Part shown: one piece after another, positions 26,401 to 33,840 of the stretch
How positions within the stretch are numbered: the first letter of the stretch is position 1
How the letters are laid out: every line of letters begins with the position of its first letter
Assembly: GCA_944384495.1 (NCBI GenBank)
Contig: CALWTP010000074.1
Coordinates: 1-33,840, forward strand
DNA: 33,840 nucleotides
Direction of reading: 5' to 3'
Origin: an uncultured Clostridia bacterium
Lineage (GTDB): Bacteria > Bacillota > Clostridia > Christensenellales > UBA1242
Position numbers and translations under genes: made by a program
Notes under the pieces: model-generated
The model's database searches: none
What the model was told of the DNA's origin: nothing
The model's input: only the letters and a program-made list of their open reading frames with translations

Positions 26401-26524
26401 CAATAAAGAAAAGATCAAGCAGGAAGTGCTTATCAAGGAATTGTTGCCAGCAATCGACAATCCGACCATATCAAAGGAAATAGAAATAGGTGAAAAAACT
26501 ATTGAAGTGAAGTTTAAAAATTAA
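23414..26524 (+). CDS. ileS: Isoleucine--tRNA ligase (type 2)
   Basis: Start at the ATG at 23414 after AGGAGG; the track start lies inside the T-box terminator. HIGH-region variant GPATANNRLGVHHFWGR, KMSKS-region variant EFHKSGGN, CP1 zinc motifs CPRCGT and CWRCKT, and the matching Ile T-box upstream. Confidence 0.93.
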   Translation: MKKEPALPNFVEIEHGMLKFWKENDCFHKLVKKNEGHERFKFLDGPATANNRLGVHHFWGRTLKDLTIRYNALKGKDCMYQNGFDGQGLWVEVNVEKELGLNGKPEIVGYGIDKFTNKCMERVNYFANEITNQSIRMGQWMDWDNSYYTNSDHNILSIWHFLKECDRHGWIIRKNRPMAWCPRCGTSLSEHEMSSSYHEVEHTALFIKLPVKGKDFKIVAWTTTPWTLTANVALAVHPDLDYALVDFHGEKLLLGKDRLNILKEDVQILQEFKGRELVGLVYETCFPELQEQNFEHKVVAWDLVDNVEGSCVVHIAPGCGVEDFELGQTLSLPQICPINEQGVMLDSCGFLAGKSASDVASLVSQRLKEDGKLLYAHRYKHSYPYCWRCKTDLVYKLISGWFIKMDDIRPMALKAIEDVEFKPAYAKKRMADWLTNMGDWNISRSRFYGLPLPFYVCNKCGKVHVIGSKDELKQRAVDPSLVDKLPNIHKPWIDEIKIKCDCGEEISRISDVGDVWLDAGITPFSTKKYFTDKKFFKENFPSDYVCEMIEQIKLWFYSLLIMSVVLTGKAPYKKVVTYQYVKDEHGGEFHKSGGNSLEADHVADKVGADVVRYLFSSSPPSSDMRFGFSLTDEARRKLLAFWSIYTFFNTYACIDNPALDDFVVDESLLTYSDQWILESVNRFIENSDKNYSDDKSYAVVHDFEKLVDDISNFYIRSNRKRFWKSENKDDQMTAYYCLYYAIKNIARVMTPITPFLCEYIWQNLVRQIEKNAPICIMLSGYPKAEEKRFDQIIEQVSLAREIISSASRLRNENQIKVKQPLKKMFVGGDEKIEDVLDKLGDLIKEELNIKELVTIQDDSIFNDEYLTVNFKKAGAILKGEVQKVKNLLATLSDDEMAGCVREYKQGKVNIKEFKDFDSDLFNLEKKPKSEFVISHENGITVVLDITLDQKLVEEGYYREFVRGLQVLRKEADFRVDERIFACFNTADETMKKLIKDNKEKIKQEVLIKELLPAIDNPTISKEIEIGEKTIEVKFKN

Positions 26525-26532
26525 GGAGTTTT

Positions 26533-27381
26533 ATGTTAATCGCAAAAGACTGGAAAGATTTTGAAGTCCTATCATGCTCGAATGGCGAAAAACTTGAGCG
26601 GTGGGGCAAATATCATCTCTTAAGACCTGATCCACAGGTGATTTGGACTTTACAAGAAAAGCTTGAGTCATATCCCAAACTTGACGCGATATATACTCGC
26701 TCCTCGTCTGGTGGCGGAAAATGGGACTACAAAAACAAGTTGCCAGACGAGTGGACAATAGGATATAAGGGTTTACAATTTATCATTAAGCCAATGGGAT
26801 TTAAACATACCGGGCTTTTTCCAGAGCAAGCTGTCAACTGGGATGATTTGACAGATATTATAGGGAAGGCAAAAAGGCCGGTCAAAGTGCTAAATTTGTT
26901 TGCATATACTGGTGGGGCAAGTGTTGTCTGTGCAAAGGCAGGAGCAATGGTCACTCACGTGGATGCAAGTAAGGGCATGGTTGAGCGAGCGAAAGAAAAT
27001 GCCAAACTAAACAATATCGACAACATCCGATTTATAATAGATGACTGTACCAAATTCGTAGAGCGAGAGATCAGGCGAGGGAATTTTTATGATGGGATCA
27101 TCATGGATCCTCCAAGTTATGGCAGAGGCACAAATGGTCAGACGTGGAAACTTGAGAATAACCTTTATGAGTTTGTCCTGCTGACAAAAAAAGTACTGTC
27201 AAAAAATCCGCTTTTTGTGCTTATATCTTCCTACACGACCGGATTGCAAGCGGGAGTTTTGTCGAATATCTTGACACTTGCCTTTGGCAGTGGAAATATA
27301 AATGCGGATGAAATAGGCCTGCCTTGTGGCGAAATCGTGTTACCGTGTGGTTGTAGAGGGTTGAAATTATGGAAAAATTAA
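26533..27381 (+). CDS. Class I SAM-dependent methyltransferase (RlmI/YwbD-like, COG1092)
   Basis: VLNLFAYTGGASVVCAKAGA..VTHVDAS (motif I) and IIMDPPSYGRG (motif IV). Confidence 0.8.
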   Translation: MLIAKDWKDFEVLSCSNGEKLERWGKYHLLRPDPQVIWTLQEKLESYPKLDAIYTRSSSGGGKWDYKNKLPDEWTIGYKGLQFIIKPMGFKHTGLFPEQAVNWDDLTDIIGKAKRPVKVLNLFAYTGGASVVCAKAGAMVTHVDASKGMVERAKENAKLNNIDNIRFIIDDCTKFVEREIRRGNFYDGIIMDPPSYGRGTNGQTWKLENNLYEFVLLTKKVLSKNPLFVLISSYTTGLQAGVLSNILTLAFGSGNINADEIGLPCGEIVLPCGCRGLKLWKN

Positions 27382-28067
27382 CAATTTTATACGAAGATAA
27401 TCATATTTTAGTGGCAATTAAGCCTCAAAATATTCCATCTCAAGCTGATCAGTCAAAAGACGTGGACATGCTTAGCCTTGTAAAACAATATATTAAAGAA
27501 AAATATAATAAAGAGGGAAATGTCTATGTTGGACTTGTTCACCGGCTTGACCGTCCAACGGGAGGCATTATGCTTTTTGCAAAAACTTCAAAAGCTGCGA
27601 GTCGACTTAGCGATGAGTTTAGAAATAACAAAATCAGCAAAACCTATTATGCTGTAACAAGTAGCATTCCTAAAGACAAGCAAGGAGTGCTTGAACATTA
27701 TCTTAAAAAAGATGAAAAAAACAATATTGTAAGAGTTGTTCCTCGCGGAGAGAGCGGTGCAAAAGAGGCAAAACTTTATTATAAAGTGCTTCAAACAAAT
27801 GAAAACAATGCTTTGGTCGAGGTCAAGCTTTTAACAGGTCGATCTCATCAGATAAGAGTGCAATTTTCAGCAATTGGATGTAGCCTTGTTGGAGACAATA
27901 AATATGGAAAAGTGGTAAACCAGAACTCAAATCATCTTGCTCTTTGGGCGGGGAGGCTTGAGTTTATTCATCCAGTCACAAAAGAAAAGATGGTATTTGC
28001 CTGTCCTCCAATGCTCGACAAAAAACCATGGTCAAACTTTTTTATGGAGAAATACTTTTTAAGATAA
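27369..28067 (+). CDS. RluA-family pseudouridine synthase
   Basis: Catalytic motif HRLDRPTGGIMLFAKT and GRSHQIRVQ. It overlaps the methyltransferase stop by 13 nt. Confidence 0.9.
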   Translation: MEKLTILYEDNHILVAIKPQNIPSQADQSKDVDMLSLVKQYIKEKYNKEGNVYVGLVHRLDRPTGGIMLFAKTSKAASRLSDEFRNNKISKTYYAVTSSIPKDKQGVLEHYLKKDEKNNIVRVVPRGESGAKEAKLYYKVLQTNENNALVEVKLLTGRSHQIRVQFSAIGCSLVGDNKYGKVVNQNSNHLALWAGRLEFIHPVTKEKMVFACPPMLDKKPWSNFFMEKYFLR

Positions 28068-28086
28068 ATTAAAAGTATTTTTTTGT

Positions 28087-28185
28087 AAATTTAGAAATAA
28101 TTAATAAATCTATAGAAAAATTAATAAATTCACAGAAATAATTGAATAAATTTATAAAAACAATTAAATTTTACAGATAAAAAGG
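28087..28185. repeat. Four to five degenerate tandem repeats of about 21 bp (consensus TTAATAAATnnAnAGAAA)
   Basis: Units begin at about 28087, 28101, 28121, 28142 and 28163, upstream of pepF. Confidence 0.6.
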
Positions 28186-28260
28186 TATTATCATAAACAA
28201 AAATGCGAAAAATTATTTTAAAATCAAAAAATCATATAAATAGTAAAGGCAGGTGAATGA

Positions 28261-30033
28261 ATGAAAAAACGCAGTCAGATTCAAGAAAGATACAAGTGGG
28301 ATTTGTCACCATTATGCAAAAATGACGAGGAGTTTTATCAAAAACTTGAAATAATAAAAAGTTATCTTCCAAAATTTAAAAAATTTGAGGGAAAGCTTAA
28401 CAATAAGAAAAATATCTTAAACTATCTCAATCTCGATAAAGAGTTTGATATGCTTGCAAATCCAATTGCTTTGTATTGTCACTTGCATGGCGATGAAATA
28501 TTGAGTGATGAAAGACGAAATATCATGCAGGCAAAGCTTGAAAATGTATTTAATGAGTTTAGCATTGAAACCTCATTTGTCACAAGCGAGCTTCATGCTT
28601 TGCCAGATGAGCTTTTAGATGATATTATAAAGGATAAAGATTTTGCAGACTATGATCGCGCATTTAAACAAATAAAAAAATCCAAAAAACATATTCTTTC
28701 AAAAGAAGAGGAAAAACTTCTTGGAGGAATGAGTTTTTTGGATGGTTTTTCCAATAATATGCACTTGCTTAGCGATGTGGACATGAAGTTTGAAAAGATT
28801 GCAGACAGCAGAGGAAAACTTCATCAGCTCACCCAATCGAATTATTCGCTCTATATGTCAAGCCCAGATAGGATACTACGTAAAAATGCCATCACAACGC
28901 TTAATAAAACTTTTGGCAAGACAATTAATATTTTTGCTTCAAATTATATAAGCGATGTAAAGGCTGATTGTTATTTTGCGAAAGTAAGAAAATATGAAAG
29001 TGCACTTGCTCGAGCCTTAGAAGGCGAGGAGATCAGTCAAGAAGTATATGATGTGCTGATCAAAAAAGTAGAGGAAAACTTGAAAATTTTATTCAATTTT
29101 TTCAAAATTAAAGCAAAAATAATGAATTTAAAAGATTTTGCAATCTATGACCATATGGCAGATATAGGAAAGTCAAAATCAAAATATAGTTATGATGAGG
29201 CTATGAATATCATTTTAAAAGCGCTCTCTCCACTGGGCGAAGAATATTTGTCTATTTTAACTCGTGCCAAAAATGAAAGATGGATCGATGTTTATCCAAA
29301 TGAGGATAAGCGGTCGGGAGCATATCAATCATCTGTATATGGTTATCCTCCATATGTACTAACAAATTTTGAGGGCGATTTAAATAGTGTATTTACTCTT
29401 GCTCATGAGCTTGGCCATGCCATGCATTCATATTTTAGCGATAAAACCCAAGTCTATGAGAAAGCAGATTATCCAATTTTCTTAGCCGAGATTGCAAGCA
29501 CCACAAATGAAATGCTACTATTTAATTATCTATTGAAAAATAGTAAGACAAGGCAGGAGAAGATATATCTTTTTAATAAACTTTTCACAGAGGTCAAGGG
29601 AACAATTTATCGTCAGACAATGTTTGCCGAGTTTGAACAACTTGTCCATGCCAAACAAGAGAGTGGCGAGGCTCTTACAAAAGACCTTTTGTGTCGCGAA
29701 TATTACAACTTAAATAAAAAGTATTTTGGCAAGGTAAAGCTGATCGATGAAATAAAATATGAGTGGGCAAGAATTCCACACTTTTTTACAGCTTTTTATG
29801 TATATAAATATGCGACCGGGCTTATCTGTGCCATCGCTTTTACCAACAGGATTCTTTCCGAAGGAGAAAGTGCGGTGGAAGATTATTTTAAATTTTTAAC
29901 GGCCGGCGGAAGCTTGCCACCTTTAGAAACATTAAAAAATGCCAAAGTCGATCTTGAGGACGAAAAGACATTTGATGCTTGTTTTGAGTATTTAGACAAA
30001 ATGCTTAAAGAGTGGAATAAATTGATAAAATAA
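28261..30033 (+). CDS. pepF: Oligoendopeptidase F (M3B family)
   Basis: Zinc motif HELGHAMH, with typical length and architecture. SD AGGTGA. Confidence 0.92.
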   Translation: MKKRSQIQERYKWDLSPLCKNDEEFYQKLEIIKSYLPKFKKFEGKLNNKKNILNYLNLDKEFDMLANPIALYCHLHGDEILSDERRNIMQAKLENVFNEFSIETSFVTSELHALPDELLDDIIKDKDFADYDRAFKQIKKSKKHILSKEEEKLLGGMSFLDGFSNNMHLLSDVDMKFEKIADSRGKLHQLTQSNYSLYMSSPDRILRKNAITTLNKTFGKTINIFASNYISDVKADCYFAKVRKYESALARALEGEEISQEVYDVLIKKVEENLKILFNFFKIKAKIMNLKDFAIYDHMADIGKSKSKYSYDEAMNIILKALSPLGEEYLSILTRAKNERWIDVYPNEDKRSGAYQSSVYGYPPYVLTNFEGDLNSVFTLAHELGHAMHSYFSDKTQVYEKADYPIFLAEIASTTNEMLLFNYLLKNSKTRQEKIYLFNKLFTEVKGTIYRQTMFAEFEQLVHAKQESGEALTKDLLCREYYNLNKKYFGKVKLIDEIKYEWARIPHFFTAFYVYKYATGLICAIAFTNRILSEGESAVEDYFKFLTAGGSLPPLETLKNAKVDLEDEKTFDACFEYLDKMLKEWNKLIK

Positions 30034-30309
30034 GCCAAAAGCATTATTAAAAGAATTAAGTAAAAAAACCTGACAATCTTCAAAAAATATTTAAAGGATA
30101 AAATAAACAGTAATTTAAAAAAGACAACACACAAACAAAATCAAATATTGTGTTAAAAATGTTATCGCTTTTTTAAGCTTATAAAAAATGATTAAATTTA
30201 ATCAAGCCAATTTTCTGTTATATTACGTCTTTTTAAACCATTTTTCAATTAAAAATTTTAATAAAAAATATTATTTATAAATAAAATATAAAATTGTTTG
30301 CACATAGTA

Positions 30310-30338
30310 TTGAAATTTTAAGGGCGATGTGTTAAAAT
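30310..30338 (+). promoter_or_regulatory. Promoter of the orphan two-gene cassette
   Basis: TTGAAA at 30310-30315, a 17-nt spacer, then TGTTAAAAT with the -10 at 30333-30338. The -10 overlaps the ATG at 30337, which argues for the downstream GTG start at 30361 after GAGGAG. Confidence 0.5.
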
Positions 30339-31800
30339 GGTCAGGACAGAGGAGTTGCTTGTGGGAAAAGGCACAATACGAAGAGATATTCATAAAAAGG
30401 GAAAAACTATTGGAAAAAATTTTTCAAAGACTGAAAGCGAAATAAACAAACTGGTCGACACTTATCTTTTTTATGGCACACAGGATGCACTTGACAGGCT
30501 GTTAGATGATTTATCAAAACTCAAAATACCGCCAAATCAAGTCAAAAATTTAATCAAAACAGCCATTTCAGCAAATGTCAAAGAATACAACAAGGATTTT
30601 GACAGACTTTCAGCCGAGTCAAAAGAGGCTCTATCGCCAAATTCCACCCTTTTTGATGGAAAACAGTTTCTTGAAATGAAGTGGCTACATTCTCCTTATT
30701 TTTTGAAAAACAGTGAATATTTACGTCTTTTGCGGGGAGAAAATGTACAGGTATTTATAGATCAATATGATTATTCAACACCAATCTTTTATTTTGGAAA
30801 TAATTTTAAATATACTGCCGCTCGCAAAGCCACCAAAGACTTCAACGATTTAAAGTTTTATCTCAATTGCAATGAAAAATTTATTCTTGCGAAGAAGTTA
30901 TCGTTAAATTTTGATCGTGTCAGCGAAAGATTGCCAGAAAAAATCGCCTATGAGAATAAAAAAGGATATGCTCTATATAATCAAGCACTTTATGACAACA
31001 GTCTCACAGTTGCAATGTATAGCTTACTTGATGGCAAGCCTGACAAAGCTCATTGCTTTATGAGATATGATGGCGGGGGAGTGTTTGTTACACCGCACCA
31101 TAATCTCTTTTTTCAAAATGATCCACGAAAAGAGGTGTATCCGCTCGTAACAAATGGTCCGCATTTCCACTTTCAAAATGAGGATGATAGTATTTTGTGT
31201 TTGAAAAAGTTTCGCAATAGCAGTAAAAGGACAACCTGGCTTACCTCCAGATGTAACGCAATTGATATCGAACATCTCGTAAAATATTTACATACTCTAG
31301 ATCACGCCTCTTGGCAACAATTGCAAAATTTAATGGACAAAGAAAAACATTATTGCATGCCATTTTTGGTATATAAGTACAACAATAAAGCTTTGAATAT
31401 CGATGTGGATTTAGGAAAGAGCCCCAATAAATACACCTTAAGTCTTGAACAAGAAATAAAAGATTGTGCAAATCTTGCACTTGCAAACCTAAAATATTCT
31501 TCAAAAAATGCATGTTTTAAGAAGCTTATCAAGGCACTCTTGTGTCTTAGTGAGATAAACGAGCGCAAGCAAAAATCAAATGATTGTCGTCAGATAAAAA
31601 TTTTAACAGACCTAGAAATAGCCTATGCTGATGGCATCGTAGACAGCATATGCAATACTAAGAAAAAACTTATTACTCAAGATTACCAGCTGAAGTACAA
31701 TATTCTAGGGTCTTATTTAAGACAGTCTAATGTTCATGGATTAAATTTTGAAGATCGTCAAGATGTCAAAGATGAAGATGATTTAGAAGGTGAGGGGTAA
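30337..31800 (+). CDS. Hypothetical protein (about 480 aa) with a His-rich central motif
   Basis: A long uninterrupted ORF. The probable real start is the GTG at 30361 (GAGGAG-N6-GTG). The central motif is RYDGGGVFVTPHHN...NGPHFHFQNEDD. I recognise no family with confidence. Confidence 0.7.
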   Translation: MVRTEELLVGKGTIRRDIHKKGKTIGKNFSKTESEINKLVDTYLFYGTQDALDRLLDDLSKLKIPPNQVKNLIKTAISANVKEYNKDFDRLSAESKEALSPNSTLFDGKQFLEMKWLHSPYFLKNSEYLRLLRGENVQVFIDQYDYSTPIFYFGNNFKYTAARKATKDFNDLKFYLNCNEKFILAKKLSLNFDRVSERLPEKIAYENKKGYALYNQALYDNSLTVAMYSLLDGKPDKAHCFMRYDGGGVFVTPHHNLFFQNDPRKEVYPLVTNGPHFHFQNEDDSILCLKKFRNSSKRTTWLTSRCNAIDIEHLVKYLHTLDHASWQQLQNLMDKEKHYCMPFLVYKYNNKALNIDVDLGKSPNKYTLSLEQEIKDCANLALANLKYSSKNACFKKLIKALLCLSEINERKQKSNDCRQIKILTDLEIAYADGIVDSICNTKKKLITQDYQLKYNILGSYLRQSNVHGLNFEDRQDVKDEDDLEGEG

Positions 31801-32186
31801 TGGAAAAAATAAAAGATGCTATAGATAATTTATCAAATCATATCGGAAAGGATAAGATTAAACAGATCTCACTAAACAGATATTTTGTTGACAGCGGACT
31901 GATGTCACTTTTTACACTAAATTCACTTCCAATTAATTTGGTTGAATTTGATGGTAAATTGTTTTTTGCTGATTATGGAAAGATGTTTGAGTATGCCGAG
32001 ATTAATTACCCGCTACTTGATTCAGAGCAGAAAAACGTGTTAGATGATATTTTTCAGGATTATGATATTATTTTTGACGGAAAAACCATAATGTGCGAAA
32101 CCGATGAGAATGATGTTTATGCTGATTACAATATTTTTGTCAGAACATTAATATTTGTTGAAGATTTATTCCTATCAAAAAATTAA
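31800..32186 (+). CDS. Hypothetical acidic small protein (128 aa), translationally coupled to the upstream gene
   Basis: The ATG overlaps the upstream stop (TAATG), and a strong SD AGGTGAGGGG lies inside the upstream gene. The C-terminal half is rich in Asp/Glu. Confidence 0.7.
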   Translation: MEKIKDAIDNLSNHIGKDKIKQISLNRYFVDSGLMSLFTLNSLPINLVEFDGKLFFADYGKMFEYAEINYPLLDSEQKNVLDDIFQDYDIIFDGKTIMCETDENDVYADYNIFVRTLIFVEDLFLSKN

Positions 32187-32251
32187 TGAATTTTTTTTGT
32201 ATGATTTGGATTTTTGACTTTTTGTGAAATAGTTTTTTGGTTAAAACATTA

Positions 32252-32279
32252 AAATCTGTTGTAATAACGGATTTTTTTT
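32252..32279 (+). terminator. Intrinsic terminator of the two-gene cassette
   Basis: AAATCTGTT/AACGGATTT (one G-U pair) with loop GTAAT, followed by a T-run. Confidence 0.55.
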
Positions 32280-32393
32280 GTTTATTCATCTTAATGGGTT
32301 ATATAAAAAGGTTTACTATAAATTTTTTTACATCTTAAATTTTTTAATATATTTTCTTTTTGCGTTTTTCATATTTAAAAATAAAAAATTTGT

Positions 32394-32422
32394 TTGCTAA
32401 AATGACTAAAAGTTGTTAAAAT
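32394..32422 (+). promoter_or_regulatory. Promoter of the tandem ABC ATPase genes
   Basis: TTGCTA at 32394-32399, a 17-nt spacer, then TGTTAAAAT with the -10 at 32417-32422. Confidence 0.5.
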
Positions 32423-32468
32423 ACATATATAAAAATAGTAACATATGGCGGTTGTTGAAGGATAAGAA

Positions 32469-33431
32469 ATGGAAGGAAACGAGGACAAAGTTATAGAAGT
32501 TGAAAACTTGACTCAGGACTATGGTCATGGCCGTGGTGTCTTTGACATTTCTTTCTCAGTGAAAAAAGGGGAAGTCTTCGGTTTTTTAGGACCAAACGGA
32601 GCAGGGAAGAGTACCACCATTCGTCATATTATGGGCTACTCTAAGCCTCAGCAAGGACATACGCGTGTTTTTGGTCTGGATTCTTTTAAAGAATATTATA
32701 AGATATTAAAAGATGTCGGTTATCTTCCAGGAGAGATTGCTCTTCCAGAGGGCCTCACTGGATGGGAGTTTATCAGAATGATGCAAAGTCTTCGCTCTTC
32801 TGAGAATAAAGAGCGAGTTAAATACTTATTGCAACTCTTTAAGCTTGACCCATCTGGCGAGACAAAAAAGATGAGTCTTGGTGATAAGCGAAAACTGGCA
32901 ATAGTTGCCGCATTTATGGATGATCCAGCTGTGCTTGTGCTTGATGAGCCGACGAGTGGGCTTGATCCAGTCATGCAACAGGTCTTTATTGACCTTGTGA
33001 AAGAGGAGAAAAAGCGAGGGAAAACTGTCCTTTTATCATCTCATATATTCAGCGAGGTTGAGGCGACTTGTGATAGAATTTCCATCATAAAAGATGGGAG
33101 AATAGTATCCACATTTGAAACAAACGCGATAAAACACAATGAAAACAAAAACTATGAGGTGGTTTTCAAAAACTTAAAGGATTTGGAAGATATGTGCGGA
33201 AAATTGCCTAAAATCCGCAAAAATACCATTAAAATCAAACAAAACGCCATTCGCACAGTCGATAAGACGAGTCGAACGGTTATTGTAGCGGTGAACGATA
33301 AAGATATAAACTCACTTGTCAGTCTTTTAAGCCAGTATGATATAGCAAAATTTACACAAGTTAAATTTACTTTACAGGACTATTTTATGCGGTTTTACCG
33401 CGAGAATAAGAACTTTGGAGGAATTTTATAG
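32469..33431 (+). CDS. ABC transporter ATP-binding protein (ABC-2 type) with an extra C-terminal domain
   Basis: Walker A GPNGAGKST, signature-like MSLGDKRK, Walker B VLVLDEPTSGLD and H-loop SSHI. A C-terminal extension of about 90 aa follows. Confidence 0.9.
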   Translation: MEGNEDKVIEVENLTQDYGHGRGVFDISFSVKKGEVFGFLGPNGAGKSTTIRHIMGYSKPQQGHTRVFGLDSFKEYYKILKDVGYLPGEIALPEGLTGWEFIRMMQSLRSSENKERVKYLLQLFKLDPSGETKKMSLGDKRKLAIVAAFMDDPAVLVLDEPTSGLDPVMQQVFIDLVKEEKKRGKTVLLSSHIFSEVEATCDRISIIKDGRIVSTFETNAIKHNENKNYEVVFKNLKDLEDMCGKLPKIRKNTIKIKQNAIRTVDKTSRTVIVAVNDKDINSLVSLLSQYDIAKFTQVKFTLQDYFMRFYRENKNFGGIL

Positions 33432-33840
33432 TGGAAGAGGTCATTAAAGTTGAAAACTTAACTAAAGACTATGGCGGAAATAGGGGTATTTTTGATATCT
33501 CATTTTCTGTAAAAAAAGGAGAAGTTTTTGGCTTTGTTGGAACAAATGGCAGTGGTAAAACCACAACTTTGCGTCATATCATGGGCTTTTTGAAGCCTGT
33601 TCAAGGGAAAGTGAGCGTTCTGGGATTAGATTCATGGAAAGATGCTTGTCAGATAAAAAAATATATCGGTTATATTCCTGGAGAAATTGCCTTTCCTGAT
33701 TTAAAGGACGGTACAACATTCTTAAAAAATCAAGCGCAATTATTGGGTATGAAGGATATGTCTTATGCAAATTACTTAATTGAAAAGCTTCAACTTGATC
33801 CTTCTGCCAACAAAAAACGGATGCAAGAAATGGAGCGACT
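33431..33840 (+). CDS. Second, paralogous ABC transporter ATP-binding protein (3' end beyond the window)
   Basis: Absent from the ORF track because it is open-ended. The GTG at 33431 overlaps the upstream TAG (TAGTG), 9 nt after GGAGG. The product VEEVIKVENLTKDYGGNRGIFDISFSVKKGEVFGFVGTNGSGKTTT is clearly paralogous to the N-terminus of the upstream gene. Confidence 0.8.
   Translation, partial: MEEVIKVENLTKDYGGNRGIFDISFSVKKGEVFGFVGTNGSGKTTTLRHIMGFLKPVQGKVSVLGLDSWKDACQIKKYIGYIPGEIAFPDLKDGTTFLKNQAQLLGMKDMSYANYLIEKLQLDPSANKKRMQEMER

Noticed and set aside
30337-31800. P-loop NTPase or cupin assignment for the ~480-aa orphan protein
   Set aside because: HKKGKT lacks the upstream Gly of a Walker A motif (GxxxxGKT). 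The HxHxxxE block lacks the flanking Gly residues of cupin motif 1 and there is no second cupin motif.

Overview
AT-rich, low-GC Gram-positive (Bacillota-like) chromosomal segment using standard code 11 (TGA is used as a stop). It is mostly housekeeping. Minus strand: a three-gene ABC-2 transporter (1331-3912). Plus strand: tRNA-Arg(CCU), an XRE regulator, a large lipoprotein, a DUF362 protein, an AlkD-like protein and the block comM-dprA-topA / trmFO-like-hslV-hslU-tcdA-trxA / nifS-iscU-like. Next come a minus-strand Bacillus-type SRP RNA, a T-box(Ile)-ileS-methyltransferase-rluA operon, pepF and two tandem ABC ATPases at the right edge. Promoters that can be read by eye repeatedly follow TTGnnn-17-TGnTAnAAT (extended -10). 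I saw no CRISPR array, integrase, transposase or prophage genes. Five items deserve a second look. (1) A HEPN(Rx4H)-CBS-pair fusion protein at 22087-22833. (2) An orphan, translationally coupled two-gene cassette at 30337-32186. (3) A G8/C8 tract inside the spacer of a perfect-consensus promoter for a WG-repeat gene at the left edge. (4) An IscU-like protein lacking all three canonical cluster-ligand cysteines, next to an intact NifS. (5) A GC-rich four-stem structured element between trxA and nifS. Several intergenic regions carry degenerate, roughly 20-bp phased AT-rich tandem repeats. All functional calls come from motif reading by eye; no database search was possible.
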